This document shows positions 25,286 to 38,288 of a DNA stretch of 64,000 bases, piece by piece. Under the pieces are notes generated by a model. It did no database searches, had not been told where the DNA came from, and was given only the letters and a program-made list of their open reading frames with translations. Positions within the stretch are counted from its first letter, which is position 1; every line of letters begins with the position of its first letter. The stretch comes from Octopus sinensis (Eukaryota), in assembly GCF_006345805.1 (NCBI RefSeq), contig NC_042997.1:169012001-169076000 (forward strand), given 5' to 3'. Made by a program: the position numbers and the translations under genes.

Positions 25286-25561
25286 GCAGCACCGCAACAA
25301 CAGCAGCGGAAATAACAATAACAATGACGGAAACGCAAGGGCTTGAACAATAGAAACAACAATGACAGTAGCAACGAAAAAAAAAGGCAACAGCTGTTAC
25401 ATAACCAAACATTAATGACAGCAGCAAGAAGAAAATTGACTGCGCCAATAATACCAACAACGACAACAAAAACAATAACACTATCAGCAACAAGCGCAGC
25501 AGTAGCAAGGTTTAGTAGCAAGGAATAGCTTCCACAAGGAAGCTATACAGTCTCTCCCCAT

Positions 25562-25800
25562 AAGGCGGCGAGCTGGCAGAAACGTTAGCGCGCCGGGCGA
25601 AATGCTTAGCGGTATTTCGTCTGCCGCTACGTTCTAAGTTCAAATTCCGCCGAGGTCGACTTTGCCTTTCATCCTTTCCGGGTCAATTAAATAAGCATCA
25701 GTTACGCACTGGGGTTCGATATAATCGACTTAATTCGTTTGACTGTCCTTGTTTGTCCCCTTTGTGTGTAGCCCCTTGTGGGCAGTAAAGAAATAAGAAA
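25562..25800 (+). mobile_element. SINE family A
   Basis: Near-consensus head and core. Confidence 0.92.
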
Positions 25801-25829
25801 GTAATATATCTCCGCGTATTGTTAAAGTA

Positions 25830-26240
25830 TCGGCGCCTGCAGTCGACCACGAACACACAAACAGAAAAGGATTTTTGCAATATATGGATGAACATCCAGC
25901 ATATATTTAGGGCAAAGCAGTTCAGCGGAGTCGAGATCCTAGTTAACACCGAACCCCTATCACTTCAACAATCAGTGATCGCCCGCCGTAGTGATGACTT
26001 TGCTCTGTTTGGGAAGAAAGACAATAAGGCTAACAATGTCGGTTGGCTTTGAAGCGTTGGAAGCGAGCGAGTGATACTCTGTTGAATGAAAAGTGAATGA
26101 GGCAGGAGGACTGGATTGAGATAATAGTTGAAATCCTTCTCCATGTAAAATCTGAACATCTGGATAAGATCCCACACCTCAACTCCATGCCGAATGAGTT
26201 GTAGAGGCTAGAAGACCAAGATGCCTTCTTCCTACGCAAT
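25830..26240 (-). pseudogene. Possible highly degenerate L1/Tx1-type ORF2 fragment (post-RT region)
   Basis: Weak resemblance of GVEVWDLIQMFRFYMEKDF and LLSFFPNRAKSSLRRAI to the L1/Tx1 post-RT region; frameshifted. Confidence 0.3.
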
Positions 26241-27106
26241 CAAGAGGAAAGAAGGGTCCTACGGCTGTCGACACCATCGCTGCAACAAACAACAGTATGA
26301 AACAACAACATAGGCAATTGCATCAACAGCAGCAAGTGTGAATAAAAGTGCAACAATAGCAACATCAGTACCGGCATCAAAAATAGCCGTGAGAGCAACA
26401 GCGCAACGCCTACAATCACAGCAGCAACCATGGAAACAGTAACAGCAGTAGCACCAACAACATCAATACCTACGTTGTCAACAGAAGTAAATGAAGTGAC
26501 GGAAAGTAAGGATTACAACAAAAAAAAACAAAAAACAAAAAAGAGAAGAAACAAAACACAGAACAACAATGCGTTCACATGAACACCACACACCGCCCAA
26601 TCCACAGCAACAAATACCTCGTCACTGCCACCACTCATACGAAAAGGAACATATAGATGAAACACATAGATGAAACCACTGCGAACACACAAGAACAAAA
26701 GTAGCTGACTAACACACAGACCTGACAGGAACCAGATCAACAGCATCAGCTAAACATTCTTCTCCACTTACAACAAATCGCATACATATCCAACTTTGAG
26801 CTACTAAGAAGAAAAAGGTAAGGAACAGCTACATTACATGGCACAAAGTGGAGACCAAGAGACAGCGGCAATGACTTTCAATAAAGCAGTGTGAAAGTCC
26901 TAAACCTAAAATTGGTAAGGATGCCAGACGACAGGCATAGGAAAATGAGAGTTTCCTGTATGACGTTCGAAACTCCAGTGCCATGTCCCCGAACAGGGTT
27001 TTTCTTAGGAACGCCATACACAGAAGGTAGTGTAATACACTAGGTTGCTTACAGATATGTGACCCTTTTTCTTCTTCTTTTCTTCCCTACTAATTTGGCA
27101 GCCTCG

Positions 27107-27316
27107 AAAGTAGGTTACGTCAGTGCTCGTGGCCTGGGCTCACCCAGGAAGCTGCCGAATGCCCTCACTTCGCTGGCTATGGATGTGGTAGCAATTAGTG
27201 AGATCAAGATTTCCAGCACATGCATTTCGGCGCCCATTTTTTAATGACTTTGAGATTTATGTATCTCTTAATCATTTGGCGTGGAGGCGGGATAACGATT
27301 TTCATTAGGAAAGGTG
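27107..27316 (+). pseudogene. L1/Tx1-type APE endonuclease N-terminal remnant
   Basis: KVGYVSARGL...MDVVAISEIKI (motifs I-II) then, after frameshifts, GGGITIFIRKG. Confidence 0.65.
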
Positions 27317-27961
27317 CAGATAACACTAGAGAAGATTCCTGATCATATAGACCTGCCAAACGGAACTTACTGCTCGTTATGGCGACCGGTTGAAGGCCCA
27401 AGTTCCACACATATAGTATCACAAACTATCTAAGTACTTTCTTCTCACAACAGAACGAGCAGAAGTCCGGGCTGCTGCTGACACAGCAGTGGTAATAATA
27501 TCAAAAGCAACAAAAATAATAATATCAAACTAACGTCTGGTGAAGATCATGCCATTAGGGCCTTATTAAAAAGATTCTCAGAGGAGGACATGAGCATAAA
27601 TCCTGTAAATAATTGTTCAAATCTTTTAGTGAAGTCTCACAGTAAAGTATTCATTCAAGTACTACCATAATATATGAAGTTCTTTAAAACCAGTAGCCAT
27701 ATTCCACAGTTTATCTAAACTCCCCATCGAACTACTAGTTTCTTTGAATAATGCGGTTCGCATGGCGATCGAGTTGGGTCGTATGACCCAGAAAGTAAGT
27801 CAAACTTGCAACACTTCAAGCACAGAAATATCATACCTCTCCTTTCTTTTCTTTTATAGTGTATTTGACTTGTGATATCTTGTTTTCAAACGCAGGATTA
27901 TTGAACATGGATTAATTTTCAGTCTCATAATATTTGGGTATGGATTAATTTTTAATTCCTC

Positions 27962-28218
27962 AACCATTGTAGAAACCAGTGACACTTGCTGTGAAAGTCA
28001 ACTGTACTTGCAGAAAAAGTCAGCTTCATTTGTTATAAAAGGCAGTTGCATTTGTAGAAGCCACTTAAGCTTACAGAAACTATATGCCCTTGTAAAAGGC
28101 AGGTGCCGTTGATGATATCAGGTGCTCTTGTAGAAGCCAATTGGCCATACAGAAGCCAGCTGCCCATGTAGAAGCCAGTTGACCTTGTAGAAGCTAGCTG
28201 CTCTTGTAGAAACCAGAC
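27962..28218. repeat. Degenerate 19-bp minisatellite (consensus about gcccttgtagaagccagtt)
   Basis: Ten in-phase 19-bp units 28029-28218 plus looser units upstream. Confidence 0.85.
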
Positions 28219-28547
28219 CAAATGTTTTAAATCTCAATATTGTACTTCATTGCTGCAAATGATTTTCAAAATCCTGCAGCAAAGAAGATGATTCCTCACT
28301 GAAAGAATCCCAATTTGCATACGTTCGTGAAACGTTCTCTTTTCTTTGATATCAGAATTTTTCCGGCGAAGAATCCCTAGAAGCAGTGAAATAACTTCAA
28401 ACGTACGTCCTCCACATTTATTCTCTCTTTTTTTTTTTTTTTACCTTTTCTTAAACCAGCAAGACTATAGGATGTGTCTGAGTTCATTCTGAAATATTTT
28501 ATAAGTTTTCATAGCCAAAGGAATGAAGTGAGAAAAATATATAAATA

Positions 28548-29150
28548 CTGTGTTGAGTCAAAAGTTTTGCAATATTTTGAAAACTTATTTGCGTTATTCA
28601 AGTTACAACAAAAACAGCTTAGCATTCAATAGGACAAAATTTATATTATTTGCTCTCAACCGAAGCAAGGCTCTATAACCTCACTACCTCCTCCTGGTCC
28701 CCCCAAAAAAGTGTGGAGAGGGTTTCCAATAAACCAGCCTTTCAGTCCAAAAAAATCTGAAGCCATCAATCTGCCAGTATTTTGATTCCATACTGATACC
28801 AGTTCTTGTTTTTCGGGGTGAAAAACTTCTTCATTAAAGCTCCGGCCTCTTCTTCGTTGCGTCGCGACCGTAGGCAGTGTCATGGATCGGAACAAGTAAT
28901 AATCTGAGGGAGCTATGTCTGGGCTACATGTTGGGTGTGGCATCAGTTCGATTTCCGCAAGTTCCTGAAGTTTATTCCGGGTAGCAGTGGGAGGTCTTGC
29001 ACCGTCTTGCTGCAGAATAGCTCGCTCTCTTTTAACCAATGCCGGATATATTAGCTGCACAATAACATACATCCACTTCAGCTTTTCGTAGTACAGGCTG
29101 GCATTGACGGTTCGACCGTCCAGAACGAACTTGTAATGAATTATCCCCCC
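28548..29150 (-). mobile_element. Mariner 3' half (degenerate transposase C-terminus + right TIR)
   Basis: LQQDGARP, MPHPTCSPDIAPSDYYLFRSM; TIR ctgtgttgagtcaaaagttttgcaatatttt after TA at 28546-47. Confidence 0.88.
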
Positions 29151-29244
29151 TTAATTCAACCAGACGCAGAACATCACTGTGTTCAAAATGCTCATATTAG
29201 GCGACGGGTTCCAGAAGCTGGCCCTTGCTTATGCATGCTAGGAT

Positions 29245-29538
29245 TGCGGGAAGAATCTCAGAATTATTGCTTGTCAGCGATCTATGGTTTACTTCCTGCG
29301 CTCGCGACGATTCATCAACCAAAAGGTGGTGGAAATTCGAAGGTGGAAGCCTCGAAGGACAAGCAAGAACTGATATCAGCATGGGATCAAAGAACTGGTA
29401 GAAAAGTGGCTTCACGTTGTGCAACACGACAGCTCCTACTTTGAATGCTAGGCTTCTTCTTTTCTTTTTTTTTTAATGCTTTTAACGATTAAAACTAGTA
29501 AGTTACCAAAATATTGCAAAACGTTTGACTCAACACGA
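29245..29538 (+). mobile_element. Mariner 3' end of the same family, opposite orientation
   Basis: YQHGIKELVEKWLHVVQHDSSYFEC*; TIR aaaatattgcaaaacgtttgactcaacacga followed by TA. Confidence 0.8.
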
Positions 29539-29887
29539 TAATACAGAAACTATATCTTCTTTCAAAACGAAAATTCTAACAAGCTCGCCACAAATATCAT
29601 TCCATTCATTTTTCGAATTTACACATGACTTGAAAAAGCAACAAAGTAAAGGTAACTTGAGTTGAAATTCCAAGACCACCTGCCTTACAAATGTACTCAG
29701 TATGTATGTATGAATGGATGTATGTATGTATGTAGGTAGGTACGTAGGTACGTAGGTACACATGTATGCAAATGAGTAGCAGAATTCGCAACAATGAAAC
29801 AAAAGTAAAAAGAATGTTTTATCTCGTAGTTCTCTCGCTCCCTTCACCTCTCTCTCTTTCTCTCTCCCCTCCCTCTCTCTATCACTG

Positions 29888-29972
<85 letters not shown>

Positions 29973-30029
29973 TTATCTCTGTCTCTCTCACTCTCTCTAC
30001 TCCAACGTGGCTGCAGTCCAATAACAGGA

Positions 30030-30235
30030 ATAAGTAATTATATACTAAACTTTTTTTTTTTTCTCTCTGTTTATTTCTGTGTTCCTTCTGTCGAAGAGCG
30101 TAGGCTCGAAACGTAAAAGATTCTCACTTCCCGAGCGTTAAACTAATACATCTGTTTGTTGCTTACACACCCGTCTTCATCTTTTGTCTTGCTTGTTTTT
30201 TTTTTTTTTTTGTAAATTCCAACTATATATATATA
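30030..30235 (+). mobile_element. Penelope-like pLTR-type repeat fragment containing a hammerhead-like motif
   Basis: ctgtcga a gagc-gtag-gctc gaaa cg ta aaaga at 30088-30120; PLE assignment is inferred. Confidence 0.45.
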
Positions 30236-30255
30236 TATACATACATAAATATATA

Positions 30256-31527
30256 TTGGGTCATCCCATAAATAATGCAGTTTTTTAATACTTCTTTTAT
30301 TTTTCAAAATTAAGATAAGCAAAGTTCTTTTTTAATCTAAAATATACTTTCCTTCACTATTACAATGCTCTTCCACCTATCTGGTAGACTTGCAAGGCTC
30401 CTCTTCCAAAATTCACTTGTCCGTGACGAGAACTACTCTTCCAGTACTGTTCTGACGTAGTCTACAGAATTCATATTTTTTCCGTCCAAATGATTTTGAA
30501 GACTGCGGAATAAATGATAATCAGATGAGGCAATGTCTGGCGAATATGGTGGGTGGGGCATCGTTTCTCGTTCAAACTGCTCCAGCTTTTGGAATGTCAT
30601 CCTTGCTGTATGTAGTCGAGCATTATCCTGATCGAAGAACACCTTTTGTCTTGAAACCAAAGATGGTCGTTTTTCTTCAAGCGCTGACCCAAGTCGCTCA
30701 AGCTGCTGGCAGTAGATCTCCTTTGTTATCGTTTGGTTTGGGTTCAAAAGTTCAAAGTGGACTAAACCTTTCATATCCCACCAAACATATAGCAACACCT
30801 TACGTGGGTGAAGACTTTCTTGAGCCTGGGGTGCCGGTCTTTCTCCTTTCCCTACCCACTGTCTTCGATGCTTGATATTTTTATAGAGAACCCATTTCTC
30901 ACCACCAGTCAATATTCGGTTAAAAAAAAAAAGGTTCATTCGTGAGACGTAAGAGAGCAAAGAAGGGCACACATTCACTCTCTGCGTGCGATTAGACTCG
31001 GAGAGTTTGTGAGGAACCCATTGACCAATTTGCTGACTTTTCCGATGGCATGCAGGTATCGATGAATCGTCTGCTAGTTCCTCAACAGTTACGATGGGAT
31101 TTTGTTCCACCATGGTTTGCAAGACGTCTTCGTCGAGCTCTACAGATCATCCAGGACGAAGCTTGTCTTCTAGGCTGTAGTTTGCGGCTCGGAATTTCTG
31201 GAGCCACCGTTGACACTGGCTTACGCTTATTGTCCGATTTCCCTATAAACTGCATTAGTATTCCTTACACTTTTCAACTGCGTTGTTGCCTTTATTGATC
31301 TCATAAACCAAAATATGCTACATATGCCCCTTTGCTACTTCCATTACAGCTCTGAAAAAATAACTGTTAAAATCGAACTGCACTCTTCAAAACTTGCACT
31401 AAGAATAAGTCCAAGGTAAAATTACTACCTGCTTTTATAGCAAGTTGATGCAGGTAGTTATTTCGTCTCCCTCCAAACCTTTGGTTCATGCAATTGAAAA
31501 AACTGCATTATCTATGGGATGACCCTA
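30256..31527 (-). mobile_element. Full-length (1272 bp) defective mariner transposon
   Basis: ~30-bp TIRs t(t/a)gggtcatcccata(a/g)ataatgcagtttt, TA at both ends; WVPHKL, TGGEKW, DQDNARLH, HPPYSPDIASSDY; stops and frameshifts. Confidence 0.96.
30332..31344 (-). pseudogene. Mariner DD34D transposase pseudogene
   Basis: ATG near 31344; several stops and frameshifts; the first catalytic Asp (TGDEKW) reads TGGEKW; longest piece is ORF 30433..31122. Confidence 0.92.
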
Positions 31528-33339
31528 TATATATATGTATGTGTGTATATATGTATGTATGTATGTATATGTATATGTATGTATGTGTGTGAGAGAGAAC
31601 GCATATATGTGTGTAGGTAGGTAGGTATGTAAGTAATTATATATGCATGTATGCATCATTCCCTCTAACACTACCGTGAGAATCCGAGCCCACGTGATCG
31701 CGTCAAAATGTTATTCTTGCCACTCTTCTAAGAGAAATCGCCCAAGACGTATTAAATTTAAACATGTTTATACACTTTTCTTTGTCAATGGCCATCCAAA
31801 TAGAATTTTTTGTTGATATATTTGCCGGTGATACCATTTGAACTCAGAACATAAAGAACCGGAGCAAATGCCGCAAGTTATTTTTTTCTGACGCTCTAAC
31901 GATTCTGCTTAACTAAGTCCTGCCTTTGACAAACATTTCAGTTCTTTGGATGTAACTGTCAAAATGTGATGCATCCATCGAACGAAACTGAGCAGAACGG
32001 GTGTGTTTTTTTTTTTCTTTTATGAAATGTCTAACTTTGAATCTTTGATCCTTAATCAAGCAAAAGTAATATGGTTCCGTTGAGAAAACTCCCTTATCGT
32101 CATGGAATATTTATTGTTAAACACAGATATGAAAAAAGAATCTGACTTGCATAATCTACCGAATAGAAATTTATTATTCAGAACCAAATCACAAAAGAAT
32201 GAGTTGTCGACTATATGAAGCATCAAGGAACCTATGAAGGAATACACCAAAAAACATCAAGGTGCCTCACAGTGGGATATCACAAATTTATCTTTTTACA
32301 CATTTTTGTAACATAAAATAAAACAAACCTTCTTCTAATACATGACATATCATTAAGGGTGCTGTTTGTTTCAATAAATATTAGACTTCATTCGATGCGG
32401 GAAATTAATGTTTATTCATGCAGTAATTCTGATATGTCATGTGTATTGGCGTATCTCACAGTTCATTCTGTCATTTGGGTAACTGTAAGGTCTTTGTTTT
32501 CATGCCGGGTACCTAAAGACAAGTCAGCTTCTCTGAGATATACTTATGGACACGACAAGTTGGCAGAGTCGTTAGAGCGCCAAATAGAGTGCCTCACAGT
32601 ATTTATACCGATTCCTTGTGTACTAGGTTCAAATCTTGTCGAGGATAATTTTGCCTTTTATACTTTTGCGGTTGATAACCACCCATCCAGGGCTGTGGAT
32701 TGACAAAACCAAAAACGTTTGACTGGATGTCTTACAGTATTTGCTGCAGTTCTTTGCACTCTGAGTTCAAATCTTACCACGGCCTACTTGGGCAGTAGAC
32801 TTAATCCATCACCCGATTTAACGCTACTAGTGGGTACCTAGAGTGCCTTTAACGAACTCCACTCTGTTGCAAGAATTCGCGCCAGTTCTCCAGTTTGAAA
32901 ACATTTTCCTCCTTTTCTTTGCATCCAGCTTCAGGGATACTATAAAAGAATCGTGAGAGCTGCCTCTCCTCCTTACTTAAAGAAAAAGAGAAACAACTCA
33001 CCACTGTATTGTAACAAATCACTAAAGTCAACGAAGAAATGTCTACATGGTCGCTCAATCTGTTTAAACTAGCAGTCGAATCGCTCTCGAAACTTGCCGT
33101 ACCATCTCAAAAGAAAAAAATATAATGCGTTGAATAATGTAGTTCTAGATACACTAAGTCTAAAAATAGATAGGCTGATCATGGCTAGAACCCCTTTAAT
33201 TAAAGGTCTGCTTGATCAGGGTTGCTCTGGTGCTACACAACAACAATAACGAATACTTAACTTCACAGGTATGACCCAACCACAGTTATCTGTACCTTCA
33301 CTTACTTTCAATTGTCGTTGTTGCTGTTGTCTTCTTTTT

Positions 33340-33550
33340 CTTCCTCCTCCTCGTCCTTCTCCTCCTTCTTCCTCGTCCTCGTCCTCCTCCTTCTTCTTCT
33401 TCTTCTTCTTCTTCTTCTTCTTCTTCTTCTTCTTCTTCTTCTTCTTCCTCCTCCTCCTCCCCCTCCCCCCTCTCCTCCTCTTCTTCTTCTTCTTCTTCTT
33501 CTTCTTCTTCTTCTTCTTCTTCTTCTTCTTCTTCTTCTTCTTGTCTTCTT
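33340..33550. repeat. (CTT)n/(CCT)n microsatellite
   Basis: Directly visible. Confidence 0.96.
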
Positions 33551-33604
33551 CTTCCAATCAGGACTCACGCCATTAGCCACAAAGAATAATCTCTAATTCG
33601 AGCC

Positions 33605-33980
33605 TACTCTAAGCTACTAAGAATGTATGCGGCAACTTGAAGATCCACCCACCACACGCGATAGACTGGCGGTTGCACGGGCGCGAAAGCGACGTTGTTA
33701 TCTTCATTCCGTAAACGGTGGCTTTTAACGGGTGGAGAGCTGAACCATCCTGGGGTATAGAGGATTCGCAATCCAGACTAGGGGTCTGAAAGTTTACCAC
33801 ACCATAGTGGGTTACACCATGGTTCCTCTGCTTTGTGGCAGAAGTAGGAAGAAAGAGTGAGAAAAAGATATGGTGAAAGAGTACAGCGGGATTCACCACC
33901 TCCCCCCGCCGGAGCCACGTGGAGGTTAGATATTTTTGCTCAATAAACACTCACAATGCCCGGTCTGGGAATCGAGCGAT
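33605..33980 (-). mobile_element. SINE family D (OR1-like body) with a different 3' part
   Basis: Reverse complement gattcccagaccgggcattgtgagtgtttattgagc...cactctttcttcct matches 24966-25091. Confidence 0.72.
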
Positions 33981-35446
33981 CACACAGATCTCTTGATGAC
34001 TTATAGTTCCTATTTTATTGCTAGGTGAGTCTGGCTACTTTAAAAGTAATTATTTTAGTCATGGGTACAATGTAACACCATTGGTGTGATCCGAACTGAT
34101 GGTCTTACGGCTGACACTTATTCAATCGGTATTTCCGTCCTTCCTTCCTTTCCGTGGTAATTTCTTTGACAAGAACTGTGTTTGTCATGGAATTTTCGTG
34201 GGAGAATGCAAAGGTACTTTCTTTTAGTGTTTTTTCACAAGTAACCATCTTGTACAGTGACTATACACAATAGTGAGACAGTGAGAAGAAAGAAAAATCA
34301 GTCCCTATATTTGTCTGGTACTTTAATTATTGATTCCAAAGGAATAAAAATCAAAGTTGACTTCGGCGGGATTTGAACTGCAAAAGCATTCAAGCTGAAG
34401 CTCCAAGGATTCTTCCAGCTCGCTATCTCCCTCTAGTTTTTAACAATCTAATAATTTTCATTCAGCAACCCATCATATTTCAGATTCCCTAAATGCAATT
34501 CCCATCCCTACTAAAACTTTCCAGACAACTCCTTCATCAATACGATTCCTTTTCTTATGGTTTTGTCATAGGAGAAATAACAGTGCTTATGCCCCTTTCC
34601 ATGGCGTCCGAGAATGGTGGATTGAAAGAGAAGCTACGACTCGTGTATTGTAGCATAAGGAAACATTGTACCAAAATATTCAGTTATCTAGCCACAGACT
34701 GGAAACCTTGTCTGATGTTTACGACAGAATGAACTCCACTAAAGACACACAAAGGTTAGGTGCTGGTATTAAAAACAGAACGCGGATTAAATCTACTATC
34801 GGTAATATGTTAGACAATATTTAACCGTTCTATCTTATCGGTTATCTTTCCACTTCGTTTCTAACATACAACTCAAGATTTAAAGATTAAGATTACCCCT
34901 ATCCAAGCAAATCTTAATCCCCCCAGCTTCTACACGTCTTGTCATTCAATATAACTTGCGTTATAGTTATTCTAAGTTCAGATTTTAGGCTCTGAAATTA
35001 TTAAGTATAAAGATATTTATCTATTTTAAAATTATAAAAAAAAAAGACTAGGAGCAAAAATCAAAGGCGAATAAATAAACCTAATTTGTAGTCAGGGGAT
35101 AAAAAAATCTTTAAAAAAAAAGTCAAGATTTTAAAAAATTGACTACACAAATATAGACATTGCATATCGACTACTCATCTTTAGAACATTTTTGTCTTAT
35201 TTTTATATTTTTCCTTTGTCATTTTGCTTTCGTTTTACTTCAAAATAAAGCTTTATTTTGTGTAACTATAACAGAATTTATTTATTTTCTATTTTCATTC
35301 TATATTACATCTTTTTATCCATTTCATATTTCTCTTTTTGTTTGTTTTTGTTTTTGGTTTTCTTAGTATGGATAATGTTTAGAAACAGTGAAGGACAACT
35401 TTCAAACATAACGAATCCTTAGGGTCCAGGTGTTAATAGAAACGAC

Positions 35447-35564
35447 GCCAATCTGTCGTAGTATTGATTGGCTTAGCATGTGTAAAAGATCGTCAACATG
35501 GCGGCTCTGCTAAAACGCCAGCCAATATTAACAGACCAGACGCCTGTGTTTGCTTAACATTGGC
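35447..35564. promoter_or_regulatory. Promoter-like cluster: four CCAAT boxes and a YY1-consensus site
   Basis: gccaatc 35447, gattggc 35466, gccaat 35521, cattggc 35558; caacatggcggc 35494-35505; CpG-retaining, not recognised as a repeat. Confidence 0.4.
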
Positions 35565-35649
35565 TTCAGTACAGTTTTGTCAGTGGCACCATACGAAGTA
35601 AATTCATTTTTGTCAGTCTTTTGGTTTCTATGTGCGTGCGAACGAGTGT

Positions 35650-35853
35650 CTGCACGCGCAAGCGAGTGTGTGTGTGTGTGTGTGTATGTGTAACTGTGTC
35701 TATATGCACTGGAGTGTTCGGTTGAGTGCATGCGTAAGCGCACGCGTTTCCTTAAATGTGTGCACAAACAGTATGACGCAAACAGTGTAGACATCAATGC
35801 GCGCGCGCGTGTGTGTATAGATATACAGATATAAATATATACACACGTATATA

Positions 35854-35899
<46 letters not shown>

Positions 35900-35900
35900 C

Positions 35901-35961
<61 letters not shown>

Positions 35962-36107
35962 TGTACATATATATACATACATGCCTACTATATAATAATT
36001 ACATCAATATATATTATACAATATATATATATATATAATATATATATATTATATATGTATATATATGTATGTATGTATGTATATATGTATATTATATATA
36101 ATATATA

Positions 36108-36149
<42 letters not shown>

Positions 36150-36460
36150 ATATATTATATATATTATATATGTATGTATGTATTTATGTATGTGTACATA
36201 TATATCTGTCAAGAAGTTTATCTATGCGCATATGAACAACAGAGAAGAGTTGTGTTTGTGTGTGCGTGTATGTGTGTACATGTGCGTTATGTGTGTGCGT
36301 GCATATGTATGTATGTGTGTGTGTGTGTGTGTGCGTGCGTGTGTGTGTGCGCGCGCATTTGTATGCTTGCATGTGTGTGTGTGCGTGCGTGTGTATGTGT
36401 ATGTGTATGTGCGTATAACTCCTCTGCTTTCCTTACCCCCCCCCCCCACACACACACACA
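35650..36460. repeat. Compound (TG)n/(TA)n microsatellite field
   Basis: Directly visible. Confidence 0.95.
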
Positions 36461-37289
36461 ACTAAACCATTTGGTTTTACCAAACAACAGAGTAATATAT
36501 TCTCTTATTGACGCTGTCTTTATCACAGCTATTCAGTCATTGTGATGCTATTGTGCTGGTTTTATGCACTTCACCGCCCACCTCTCCTCCACAAACACAC
36601 ACACACACTCTTTTCTGAATGTATAGGAATTTCTGGGAATTATTTGCCGAAATTCTTGACTCCTGATTTCTCCTCTTTTCATTTCTTACTCTTCTGTCCT
36701 GCACGAAACACGTTCTCTTTTATCTCTTTCCTTTTCTATTAGTCACTGATCCTTTCCTCTTCCTCTTCCTCTTCCTCTCCCTCTCCCTCTCCCTCTCTCT
36801 CCCTTCTCCCTCTACTTTTCTCTCTTTCTCTCCCTTCTCCTTTTTCTCATTCTCTCTTTTTCTCTCTCTTTCTCTCTTTCTGTATTTATGAGTATGTCTG
36901 TATGTTAATATGTATATGTGCGTGTCTGTGTGTATAAATGTGTGTTTGTATGTGTGTGTGTGTGTTGTGTGTGTGTCTTGTGTGTGTGTGTGTGCGTGTA
37001 ATTTTATTAATATTTTTGTATATATATATATATATATAATATATATAATATATTATATATATATATCTATATATATATCTATAATATAATGCACCATGCC
37101 CTGATGCCGATATCTTTAATCTGTGATGCTTTCGTGTCGTAGTAGTTTCAATAAGACACGAAAGGAACAAATTTTAGAACTTTAGGGAGAATAAAGAAGA
37201 AATTATTAAAGAATTGTATAAAAGGAGCATTCTTTGAAGATAGGTAAATTAATCATAACGGAAGGCGCATGAAAATATTGAAAACAAAA

Positions 37290-37520
37290 TAGATAGATAG
37301 ATAGATAGATACATACATACACATACATACATACATACATACATACATACATACATACATACATACATGCATGCATACATGCATATATACATGCATACAT
37401 ATATGCATATATACACGCATGCATACATACATGCATACATACATGTATATATACATGCTTACATATATACATATATACATGCATGCATACATGCATATAT
37501 ACATGCATACATATAGACAT

Positions 37521-37588
<68 letters not shown>

Positions 37589-37750
37589 CAATATACATAC
37601 AATCATTCGTACATACATACATACATACATACATACACATACATACATACATACATACATACATACATACATACATGCATACATACATAGATACATAGAT
37701 ACATACATACATACATACATACATACATACGTACGTACGTACGTACGTAG
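37290..37750. repeat. Compound (ATAG)n/(ATAC)n/(GTAC)n microsatellite
   Basis: Directly visible. Confidence 0.95.
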
Positions 37751-38288
37751 TATCACTCTGAATACCCGCGTACTGTCTATTCTGATCTCCTACACTTGGC
37801 TTTTTGAGCTGGTCGCACAGAAGAATTGAGAAACTGTGTTACTGAACATCTAAACAAACGAAGATGTAAATAATATACTTCTCCTATAAATAAGTCATCA
37901 TGGCCTTAAAGCCATAATGGTCTTACATGAAGGGTGATCTGTAGCTCTGAAACATCAGCCAATCGATCGAGTTGTAAGTATTCAACCCCGATTCACTCAC
38001 AGATGTTCTGTGTTGCCTCTCTTCTTGTTCTATTGCTACTGCTATGGTCACTGCTCTTACTCATCTTCTTTCCGTCCATTGCCCTTTTCCTTACCATGTC
38101 CATTACCCTTATTGTGTGATATCCCCTCACAGCCCCTAGCTCCTGTATTAAACAATTCTCCCAATTACCCCAATTGTCTGTCTTGAATTTCCTCCTCTGG
38201 TGTAGGTTTTTTTTTTTCTTTTCTACATACACAGACCTACAAATGTTGAGGCTAAACATCAGTCACAAACATTCAGCATCCCGTTGTG

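Noticed and set aside
27962-28218. CRISPR-like array interpretation of the 19-bp repeat
   Set aside because: No spacers, no cas genes, eukaryotic context.
34493-34732. 79-aa ORF in complex sequence
   Set aside because: No recognisable motif or convincing splice signals.
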